A DNA stretch of 35,681 nucleotides, from contig NW_003526944.1 in the NCBI RefSeq assembly GCF_000181795.1, positions 3,702,928 through 3,738,608 of the forward strand, in the 5' to 3' direction. A program made the position numbers and the translations under genes. The notes below the pieces were generated by a model. That model saw only the letters and a program-made list of their open reading frames with translations. It did not search any database and was not told the DNA's origin. The DNA is from Trichinella spiralis. Its lineage: Eukaryota. Below, one piece after another: positions 1 through 11,120 of this stretch. Numbering within the stretch: position 1 is the first letter of the stretch; the number at the start of each line of letters is the position of its first letter.

Positions 1-633
1 TACAAGAGAAGACAAAGTTCCTGGGACCCCAATTCTGTAGGTCTGGGATTGGGATACTTCGAAGGGCGAAGTTATCCCATAGTTGTAATTAAGTTAACGA
101 CCAACCTACATGGCTGAGTTTTGAATTAATGCAGTACTTGGTCTTTCACGCAGCAAAATTTATGTATGCAACTGCTTTCATGTGTCGAAATAATTTTTGA
201 TTTCCGTTAATGTTGTAATTTTTGTTTTTCTTTTTTTACATAGGTTAATTTCTGAAGCAATTCCAATGCAAATTATTTTTATTTTATTTTTTTTTAAATT
301 TTTTCTCTTTCATTCAAACTTTATTTTTCCTCACTTTATTCATTTTATTGAATTTTCAATTTCTCCCATTATTTCTTTTAATTTTTTTTCATTTTCACGT
401 TTTTTCCTTCTCTATGTTGTACATTTTATTTTTTTTAATTTATTTCTTCAAATATCTTTTCTCAGATTCTTTCATTTTGAGTTTGACTTTGTAAAATCTC
501 TGACACATGAAAGCATTGCATACATATAAGTAAACACGTAATAAACCACGGAAAAATAATACAAATGGAGAAGAAAGGAGACAAGTGGAGAAAGCCAAGA
601 TCGGTGAAAGGTTGTGGATAGGTTGGATCGAAT

Positions 634-684
634 CGTTTGTTGGTCAATTGCGTTCGTTGGTCAATTCCGTTCGTTGGTCAAGTA
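634..684. repeat. 17-bp tandem repeat x3 (CGTTCGTTGGTCAATTN)
   Basis: Units 634-650 cgtttgttggtcaattg, 651-667 cgttcgttggtcaattc, 668-684 cgttcgttggtcaagta. Confidence 0.85.
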
Positions 685-923
685 AGGTAAGTATAGGAAC
701 GTTGGAGAAGATAGATACGATTTGGCAAAGTCGAGTGTGGAAAGCTTCTTCATTACAAAGACACAATACACAGACGTAACAAAAGACCAATACTGCGTTA
801 TTTCTTAACGATGATGCTCATGTAGGATTAGTTAAAAAGGGAAAAATCATGTTTGCCATTACTAGTTGCCAGCCAGCATATTAATTAGTTATAGGAACAA
901 AATCAAACAGTAAATGGGGGAAA

Positions 924-1761
924 NNNNNNNNNNNNNNNNNNNNNNNNNNNNNNNNNNNNNNNNNNNNNNNNNNNNNNNNNNNNNNNNNNNNNNNNNNNNN
1001 NNNNNNNNNNNNNNNNNNNNNNNNNNNNNNNNNNNNNNNNNNNNNNNNNNNNNNNNNNNNNNNNNNNNNNNNNNNNNNNNNNNNNNNNNNNNNNNNNNNN
1101 NNNNNNNNNNNNNNNNNNNNNNNNNNNNNNNNNNNNNNNNNNNNNNNNNNNNNNNNNNNNNNNNNNNNNNNNNNNNNNNNNNNNNNNNNNNNNNNNNNNN
1201 NNNNNNNNNNNNNNNNNNNNNNNNNNNNNNNNNNNNNNNNNNNNNNNNNNNNNNNNNNNNNNNNNNNNNNNNNNNNNNNNNNNNNNNNNNNNNNNNNNNN
1301 NNNNNNNNNNNNNNNNNNNNNNNNNNNNNNNNNNNNNNNNNNNNNNNNNNNNNNNNNNNNNNNNNNNNNNNNNNNNNNNNNNNNNNNNNNNNNNNNNNNN
1401 NNNNNNNNNNNNNNNNNNNNNNNNNNNNNNNNNNNNNNNNNNNNNNNNNNNNNNNNNNNNNNNNNNNNNNNNNNNNNNNNNNNNNNNNNNNNNNNNNNNN
1501 NNNNNNNNNNNNNNNNNNNNNNNNNNNNNNNNNNNNNNNNNNNNNNNNNNNNNNNNNNNNNNNNNNNNNNNNNNNNNNNNNNNNNNNNNNNNNNNNNNNN
1601 NNNNNNNNNNNNNNNNNNNNNNNNNNNNNNNNNNNNNNNNNNNNNNNNNNNNNNNNNNNNNNNNNNNNNNNNNNNNNNNNNNNNNNNNNNNNNNNNNNNN
1701 NNNNNNNNNNNNNNNNNNNNNNNNNNNNNNNNNNNNNNNNNNNNNNNNNNNNNNNNNNNNN
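924..1761. other. assembly gap (N run)
   Basis: Continuous N bases. Confidence 1.
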
Positions 1762-2082
1762 TACTGTCCTTGCAGGAACCAACTTCATGTTTGGCATATT
1801 ACCGGTATGGATTTACAACCTCATTCAATAATTGATATAATATATTATGCCTACTTATCTTTTCAAATAAAACTGACTACTGTAAGTTGCTGTTTTTCTC
1901 ATTGCAATTAAAGCATTCTAATTAACTATTCAAAAACCCTGCATTAATACGTAATTGCGAGTGACGTTATTATACCTAATTATAAAATATTATGACCCAC
2001 TTTTGTGTTTACATTGTATGTTAATCATTAATTAAAAAACTCTCACTGCTAAAATATGTTGTTACGAGTGAAGTTGTTTAAC

Positions 2083-2143
2083 CTAATTAGAAATTAAAAT
2101 ACTCAATGTTGCATTTACGTTGTATTTTAAACTTTCTAATTAG
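2083..2143. repeat. AT-rich hairpin / short inverted repeat
   Basis: ctaattagaaa (2083-2093) pairs with tttctaattag (2133-2143); ttaaaatac (2094-2102) pairs with gtattttaa (2122-2130). Confidence 0.7.
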
Positions 2144-2439
2144 CATATTAAAATTAATCTTATATTTATACTTTGTTTTCCTAGATGTTACGGATTAATA
2201 ACATTCTATTTATAGAAGATTACTTCCTATTTATCAAAAGATTATACTCGTTGCACCTTGTCTAAGCTAATAGTTTATTTAATTTATACCAAGTTTACTT
2301 TTGCCACTGCCTAATTAAAGGAGACCCCGATTAACAATCTATAAGTAAAAAATTTATATTCAAACAATAGCTAATTCATCACTAATAACTAAATATATTA
2401 TTGTTAATTTAATGTTTACTATATTACACCCCTTTTAAC

Positions 2440-2628
2440 TGTTTACATTACACTGTTTTAAAGTAGAAATCTACTTTGACATTACATTATTTAATGTAAA
2501 AAACTGCTTTACACTAAAAATATATTATTATCACTATAAAATTAATGAATAATTAAAACCTTTTATAGGATGAAATGTAAATGAAAAACTGATAAACTTT
2601 TCTACTTTAAAACAGTGTAATGTAAACA
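2440..2628. repeat. perfect 30-bp inverted repeat, core of a degenerate foldback/MITE-like element (~2260-2750)
   Basis: tgtttacattacactgttttaaagtagaaa (2440-2469) is the exact reverse complement of 2599-2628. Weaker complementarity is visible inside and outside these arms. Confidence 0.8.
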
Positions 2629-3039
2629 AAAGCTGAATTTGCTTAATTATTAGATGAATGAACATTATATTTTATTCATCATTTAAGTTCATAAATGAAA
2701 AAATTAATGTAAAAATTTTTAACAAGTTTAAACTATTTAGCATGATTATACGGGGAAACTCTCGATGGAGATTAATTTCTAATGTATAATGCCTAAACTG
2801 ATGAAAGGTGCAACGCCAAATGAACTAGTTAAAGGTGTGACGGCAAATCTGATGTCAATCATTGGCCAAGTGTCAGAGCCAGCGTAACAATAACACAAAC
2901 GCATAGCGACGCTTACCGTTCCTCTTGGGGGAGTAACGATCACCACTAGATTGGCACTGAAACAGAGTCTCAGCACTACGTCAACTGCGAATTTGCATAT
3001 CTGCCTCTAGGACAGATACGTCTTACGAATTCACATAGG

Positions 3040-3388
3040 TGTTGAAATCCCATTGCACAAGATTTCAAACAACGTCCATTTCCACACAAATGGACAGGGT
3101 CATCTCTTTAAAATCGGTCTCTGGCCAGCACGGGACTAGGAGACTCCGCCGAGGGAAGTCCCCGTTAACGGGCAGGAGGGCGGGGGGCGGCGCGGGGGCG
3201 GCCGGGCTGAAAAAAAACCTTGCTTGAGATCCCATTGCTGGGATCCGAGCAAGGCGGCAGGCCTCTGGTACCGCAACCGGGAGAGGAAGAGGTGAGCTTT
3301 GAAAATATGGACTTTCATCATTTGATACGGTTAGGGTCGCGTCGTGCAGTGTAACCCGTCGAACTCCTGCACACCACCCTATCTCACA
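3040..3388 (-). mobile_element. GC-rich structured island, possible retrotransposon LTR (alternatively a structured ncRNA)
   Basis: On the minus strand it runs TGTGAGAT...ATTTCAACA (TG..CA, imperfect terminal inverted repeat) and is preceded by the purine-rich tract AAGGATAGGAGGAA (3389-3402). It has many internal hairpins. No TSD and no second LTR were seen. Confidence 0.35.
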
Positions 3389-5219
3389 TTCCTCCTATCC
3401 TTGCACTGCTATTCTCAAGCAATTACTTATTCTAATACTCAAACTATAGCAGTGCTAAAAACTCACTATGCTCAAAATGTCCTTTGAAATGATCGACAAA
3501 TTATGCAACCATTTCTCTTTCCGCAAATGAACCCTAAACTCAACTCGAAAGGCATGGGACATGAAAACGTTCAAATGCGGAAAGCCACTCAAATTCATTA
3601 AAATAATACTCATGATCTACATCCAGTTACTCTAATTAACAAACTTTTGAATTAAATGCTCGATAACTTACAGCTCGAGTTCATATAAATTACAGACTCA
3701 AGAACTTCTCAGTGAACTTTAACTAATTAGACTAACTCAAAGAATTATACTTACCTAACTTACCCTTGTCTTTGGAATGTCTTCTTTTATCTTCTATTCT
3801 TCTGTATCTAAATGTAGAAGAATTAATTTAATGAAATAATGTTATAATAAATAAAAAAACAAAGCCGTTTTTAGTGGTCTTCTTCGTCTGTCATTGCATT
3901 GAAAGCGCCATTGTTCATTCGCCGCACCTCGTTCGCCTACAATCATTTGAAATGAATTTCTAGAGCAACTAATAGTAGCCTCCGGAAAATTTACATAAAG
4001 TTCATTTCCAATGATTAACAAGTATGAAACGTATTTCATTTCGTTGAACAAACATTATTTGGGCCACGCTTAAGCTCAAAAGCTAACAAATTGAAATTGC
4101 ATGCTAATTTTAGTAGAATCTGCACCACGCCTTTGTTTGAAAAGATAACATTTTCTATATCTAAGAACATGCTTTATTTAATACTTAATGCAGAATCAGA
4201 TTGAGCAAATATGATTCAACGCTGCTATTAGTCTACAAAGTCAATATGCCTTATGAATGGCTAATATGAAGGCAATTTTCAAACGGCCTCTATTTGCATA
4301 AATGTCAGACACTGCGCACGCAACGTTAAAAGCCGGCTTAAGTAAGTTGTATATGCTACACAATGATGAATTAGAAGATAATGTCAACATAATATTAGCA
4401 ATGGGTGTGCACCCTGCGCCCATTGTTTGCGTTGGTTGCCCCCTCTGGCACGCAAATGTAGCTGGATGAAAATGTTGATTTATCTAATGTCCTAATGATG
4501 TGAAATTTCATAAAGGACATGAAGTGATAATAAAATTAAATAATCTCTGTATAAAAACGGTTTTTTTCTGTCTTGCATAATAGAAAACACTGAGCGCTTA
4601 GTCATATTTATAACCTGCTTAGTTCAGAATGCAATTGAATGCCATAATAAGCAAGTGAAAATTCAAAAATTTCTTCAAGAATTTGAACTTTCAACTATAT
4701 GTAATTCAGAATTCCGCTTTAGAAGTATTTTAAGTTTTACGCGTCCTCAAATTGAAGAATGCTTCGATACTTAGATATATATGCATTCATAGCAAAACAT
4801 CAGGAAAATAGGTTTCAGTATTAAATTTCTACTGAATGTGGCTTTTTTTACCTTCACGTTGGTTGCGCACCGCCACGGTTCATCAAACATAATTGAAATA
4901 AAGTAGTAACTATATTACTATGGATGCAATGTTTGCTTTTTTCTAATGTGTACATTATTTAGTAACCTTCTTATCAGTTATTTGGCAATTTTAATAATGC
5001 ATATTACTGTATTTTTAATTACATTTCTATGGTTTCATTTTGTGATGCATACTTAATATTATAATTTTTTTAATTTCCTCATTTTATCATCCATGCTTTG
5101 CACTCTGTCCTCATGTGAAATAAATCTGTCTGTTGGAGTTACGCCATTAATGTGAAATAAGATTTGCGTTTATTTCACTGACAGCACTGAAGCTGTAGTG
5201 AAGCCAAGCCGGTTGCCAT

Positions 5220-6350
5220 CAGTTTAATACCTGCGGATTCGCATATACTATTAATTTATTGCTTTGTGGTTCATGCCTAAATTCCAGATATATTTTACTC
5301 CCGTTCGTGTTTTCTGCCTTTTGTGCTTGTTTGCGCACAATTAGACGTTGCTTGAAATGCTTCACATTCCCGCAGCCAAACAAAAAAGTCAAACTGATTA
5401 GTAGATACAATTTTCCAGTAGCCACAAATGCACTTTTCTTCCACGGCTATCTTATTTTGCACCTGTCTTTGCAACAAACTCTGCCTACTTTATCATATGC
5501 AAATTTCCATGTTTCACTTTGCATTGGCTGACACTACGACGCGTTTTATGCGTCTATCTTGACTGTCTAATTTAGTCCCCCAATCTTCTAGAATTCACTT
5601 TGTCACAACATCGTAATAAATCAGTATGAGTCCTGGAGTATTTTTTAAAGCAGCAAGGTTTAAAGAAGCACTTTGTTATGAACCGCCAACAAAATAACAA
5701 AACTCCATCGACATACTGCAACTTGTAAGTGCTGTGCTTTAGAGGCAGCGCTGCTGTCTTTCCACTCATTAATATGCTTCAAAGTCTCTACTAATGGTCG
5801 GTATTAATTGCCCTCTTCGTTCCTCAATGCGTGTGAAGGTGGCTAGATTTTTGTTGCATAAACCAATCTTCCGGTAATCAGCTTCTTGATGAAAGTTTTA
5901 AGCGCTTTAGATCTTTTGAAGGACCTCTTGCAAAACAAACCGACCTCTCGAATCACTCCTAAACAGTTGCAAATGGCTTGAAATTCGAAGAATTAGTAAT
6001 GGTCAAACTCAAGTACTGACTTCTTGTACGCCTCTTTTGTATCTTCAACTACTGAGATCAAATGGCAGGATTATACCAGAAACCAAACGCTGCATAATTA
6101 CGAGCGCATTCGTTGCAGTGTTCCTATTTGTCCATAGTGGTTAATCAGTGCATTTTTCTGTGAGAATGAATTCGTGAATACGACTGGCTTGTTTAGAAGA
6201 TATCTATATCTTGTACTGTCATCAACCTCTACTGTAAAGATGATAGTGAACGACAGATTATCTGTTATTTCTGATGAGCACTTCTGTGATACGTTGTCAA
6301 TAAAAGTGGCTTTACGCATAAGTAAGGGTGGCATAAAATTTTCCAAATAA
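5220..6350 (-). pseudogene. decayed hAT-superfamily transposase (PRKRIR/THAP12/ZMYM1-like clade)
   Basis: Manual minus-strand translation across stops and frameshifts gives, in order: SEITDNLSFTIIF, YLSLTITNSSN, FQAICNCLGVIREVGLFCKRSFKRS, LVETLKHINEWKDSSAASKAQHLQVAVCRWSFVILLAVHNKVLL, THTDLLRCCDKV, LLQRQVQNKIAV..GYWKIVSTNQFDFFV. This follows the block order I recall for PRKRIR-type hAT transposases. Confidence 0.65.
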
Positions 6351-8216
6351 GGAAGAGGCCGCTCAAGTTGTTCCCCGTACCAACGCTACTGTTTACAAAC
6401 CATTATTTATTAGCAGGGGAGTAGTCACTTTTAACTTTTCACCATGAATGTTATGATGTATAAGTATAAATTTTCAAAATTTCAAAATGACTGAAATATG
6501 GGTAGAACAATGAATGTCTTCTACTTACATATTCTCTTTCTTCCTTTGTCAGATCTATGTATGCATTTCCAACAATTCCCACTCTGGAAAAGTAATTAGG
6601 AATTAGAAATTTATGAAAATCCTATGAATTTTAATATTATTATCAAGCACTGCTATTCATCTTCAGTTATCTTTTACATCATGGATATTGAATATTTGTT
6701 TATCTGATGATAAACATGCAAATCCGCAATACATAACCATATATTTATTGTATCACTTACTTGTTTATAATATGCAGATGAATTTCAGCATGTAGAAAAT
6801 GCTGAAGGGTTGTAGTTTCAAGGATCAAGTAATTGCTATATTAATATGATACTTGTTTGTCTGCAGTTACTATAAAAACAAAAGTAACATGGAAATTGGA
6901 ATATTTCAATATAAGTAATAAACCGGAAAAACCAAATTTATTTGTCATATTAGGCAAATCATGCATAGAATATCTGCACCTTATCGAATAATACTTACAT
7001 TTTAATTATAGACGATATACAAGAGTGTGATTAAATTTACGAGCCTTCTATTATGAAGTCAAACTAAATAAGTGACCACAAAGGCGGCATTCTGCCATAT
7101 AGTATGATAGTAAGTAAAGTTGCCTTTGGATATGCAACCTATTTTTGCTGCGTGAGAGCGTAATAGCATAAATTATAAGTGTAGTTTTATTAATTTGTCT
7201 GTTATAATCAGAGTTCTTTTGCTTAAAGGCATGTAAGCTGATGAACAGTGCAAATAGTATGGAAATTCATTTCATTAATTTCAATAAATACATTAGCATT
7301 ACTGGTTCAATTTGTTATATTAACAAATGTAATTGTTGTATGTTGTAAAAAAATTGAAATTGTTATTCTTTATACTACGTCATATTTTATATTACCATCA
7401 TATATTTAGGCGGATAATAGATAACTTTGAAAGAAAAGCGGAAGAACCAGTTAACGGAAAATGAAATTTTATTACATACAATTTCTAAAGAATCTCTGAA
7501 ATGAATTCCTTTTTTTAACTCTCATTACTGGAAATTATTAATTTTGCTCCTACATCCAAGCATAGAATGAATGTTAGTAAAAAATAGAAATCTGATGGTT
7601 TTTAGCGGGAATATCATTAAAGACCTACAAGCTAAGATAAAATAAATTTAATGAAGTGCAAAAATTAAAGTTCAACCATACAGAAAAAGCATCAGTTACG
7701 TTGGAAACCGTTAAAACACTTCCACAAGTTACGTGATTAATACTAACACGGTAATTCGGTTTCAGTAACTCACCATTAGAAAGAAGATTTGTTGGGGAAT
7801 TCAATGAGGCTGTACATAAGTATTGGTACCGGTACTGTGGATAAACTATTCGACAAAATTTTGGATAATGTACTGGGCAGTAGTAGATTTCAGCAATTAT
7901 TCTGCAGGTTTCTGATGGATTCCTCAGTACAGTCATCTTGCACAATATTGGTTGCACTCCATTTGTGATTAGCAGGTTGTTTTATGTGAGGCATATATGA
8001 ACAGAAAAGCATAGAAGGTCTGAAATGAAATAACAGTTTCTGAAAATAGTATTGAAGAGAAGAGCAGAACGCTCCTCTTGACTGCTGCTCAACACACTGA
8101 AAGACTAAATAACCATGAGAATGAAATTCTTCAAATTTATACAGGGTTAAGTCGACGGAATTAGCATATGACATTGCCTTAGGTAAAATCAATTCACTGT
8201 TAATCCTAAAAGCGTA

Positions 8217-8241
8217 ATTACATTACATTACATTACATTAC
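8217..8241. repeat. (ATTAC)5 microsatellite
   Basis: attacattacattacattacattac. Confidence 0.9.
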
Positions 8242-11120
8242 AATCGAACATTTCTTTAACCCCTTCAGACACAAATTTTTTTCTGTGGAACAGTCTTTTT
8301 TTAATATGCGTTTTAGACATATTATGTTTTCTGAGGAAAGTGATAATCGTAATCCAAGCAATTATGAGGGCGTTGAGGGGAGTAAATATAATGTGCATTT
8401 TCCGTTAAAGCAGATTGGATCAAAATTGATACAGGTAATCTAAGCAACTGTACTCAGCACCTTAAAACTTTGGAAACTGCTGTCAATTTTAGCACCATCT
8501 TCACATCAAGGTTTAGTATTAAAAAATTATTATTTTTAATTTCTGCTCAGTTCTCAATTTATACATCAAAATGCAAATTCATGTTTTTTCATCTCATCTA
8601 CATGTACAGTAGGGTGCATTATAAAAACTCTACAAAGATGAGAAGAAAATTGGCAATAAAATATTGTTAAGACCAGTGTCAAGAGCTCGTAAACACAAGA
8701 ATGGCTAACAAGCACGTTTTAGTGAATAGCTATGCTGCATAAAACATTATGTATCAAAATTGATACCTTTGGCATTAAACGTTTTAATTATGAATGTTAC
8801 TTCGTATGTATTTAACCTTTATGTAATATAATACAATATAGATAAATTTATTTTTAAGTGTATTCTTCATGAATGTAAAAGATGGAAAATTAGATTGATC
8901 AAACATGTAAAATATTGCACTGCGCTGCTCATTTTGAATACACAATTTACTCAAATGCCATGATGTTGCATATACTAAAAATCACGCATACTGATTCTGT
9001 TTCAAGAAAGCAGCAGAATAGTATAGATTAAGATAGACAATGCCTCACATTTACTACATATTTATTGCAAAAACAATGGGCATTTTTTCATGAAATCCTC
9101 AATAACAGTATCATTCAACGATGTAAAAAACAACTCAACAACAAAAGTATAAATTAAGAAAAAAAGGCTTCAACCGTTCGCCAAAAAACATCAGAGGCAA
9201 AAATAGCCCAACGCATATACGAATAGATCCATAAAACGATTTACTCTCAAAATCATATGAATCAATTAGAAAAATTAGAAAACAACAACAAATTTCGTCT
9301 CAAAATTGCTTGTGGAGTACTTGGTGAGATATTGACTTTAAGCTTGAAATAAAATAGAACATTAGTGGAACAGAAAACAAAAGAATTATTATATATAGAC
9401 AATAAATATGCAAGGAAAGGCATTTTGTAAAAAATTTATTACAATGAATTTAAAAATTTCAGCGAAAAAATCATATCAATCAAATAAAATTTCTTCCTGA
9501 CTTTTCTTTATCATGTACAGCATCTTAAATCTTCAAAATTTTCAAACGTAATTTCTTCGATTAATGGCGCTTCTGAAGTGATAATTTCTAAATATAAACA
9601 AACACAATAAAATATAAATATATCATAAAATATATTATATATTAAATGTAAATATATACAAATAAATATAATAAGTAAATAAAGAGATGGAAATGCAAAT
9701 TTGATGCAATATCGCATTTATTCCTTTCATAAATGTCAAATTTTGAAATCAGTTGTTTTATAAATTTCTCAAAAAATCATTGATCACATATTATTCAAAA
9801 TTTATGAGCATTTATTCCAGGGGCTACTGCTATCAATAATAACAAATGCAATAACAAATTCGTGCACACTCCTATCAACGTTTCATTATTTTTACAAAAC
9901 TTTAAAGTGAAAATCAAGCGGTTGAGAAAAATACCATGGATGCGGACATTTAGTTGTGTTAACCATTTAATTTAATTATTATTATTTCAATTTTACACAC
10001 ATGCCATAGCAAGCTACCACATTAAAACCACATTGTCACATGAGGCACATAGGTACAGTTAAAAAGCGAAATACAATTCAAAGAGGGACATGTTTGGTAT
10101 GAATAAAACGCTAATTGGATAATAAATATCATGTACTACATGGTATTAAATGAAATGATTAGTTTTTGAACAAAGAGAGACATGCAAGGAATACGTTATG
10201 ACATTCAGGCATTAATACAAGTTAAAGGAAGATAATGTTGAAAATTAATTTTTATCAAGCATAATAAAATGATATATAAATAGGAAATGAGTATGTTGAG
10301 CGAATTATTTCCATTTCTGTTTGTTCTGAAACAACATCCAACAAATTTATCAAAACAGAGTGAAAATGAAGAAAAAATGGATTGCTGAAACAAGTAATAT
10401 ATTGCAAAATGCAGCGTAGTTTGATTGCATTCCAAACTCAAAATAGGAAAATGTTACGTTCGATGAAAATCACGCATCCTAGTTATGTTTTGAGGAAGTT
10501 AGAGATTGGCAGCTTCCGTATGTATTAAGATATGGGCAATGCGCTAACTTAATTAGCCATTTATTCGAAAACTACACCATAGTTTCATGCTGATGCTGCA
10601 TAGCACTATTCTTCATCATTTCGAATAACCTCTATTAAAGAAAAAGAAGAAGTTTCGAGAAAAAACTTTTGGACATTTTTCACAAAACAATGAAGTAAGA
10701 AATATGCGATATAAGTACCCTTGAAAAGAAAAGAAATGAAATATACAATTAAATAAATATGTAAGATAAATGAATTTACAAAGATTTATCGCCAATGTTC
10801 AATTAATCGAGCGAACAGAAGTATCACCTGCAAACAAAATTTGTTCCTGACTTTCGTTTTTTTGTTACAGAATGCTTAAAATTTCAAATTTTTTTAAGCA
10901 TAATTTCTTCGTTTCACTACTCTCCTCAAATAGATATTAGCGAAAATTATGACAGGAGAATGCAATTCTGACGCAATATTCACTTTCTCTCTTCTATAAA
11001 TGTTAAATTCTCTTGGCAGCTTGGCTAATTCATTGTATCTATAAGTTCACTTGTGATGGATTGTTAATTAATTTATTTTTATTGCTTTTCCAATTAAGGT
11101 TTACGCAAACTATTCCATCC

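Noticed and set aside
197..529. 110-aa Phe-rich ORF resembling a membrane protein
   Set aside because: Translation of a T-rich low-complexity tract with a non-ATG start.
634..684. Short repeats as a CRISPR array
   Set aside because: Units are contiguous with no spacers, the context is eukaryotic and there are no cas genes.
889..1831. Long ORFs of X residues (also 13429-14413)
   Set aside because: Artefacts of translating N gaps.
2789..2810. ATGCCTAAACTGATGAAAGG resembling the U12 snRNA 5' end or a hammerhead CUGAUGA core
   Set aside because: Lacks the GTAAGGAAAA branch-pairing sequence and an Sm site; no GAAA follows a stem II.
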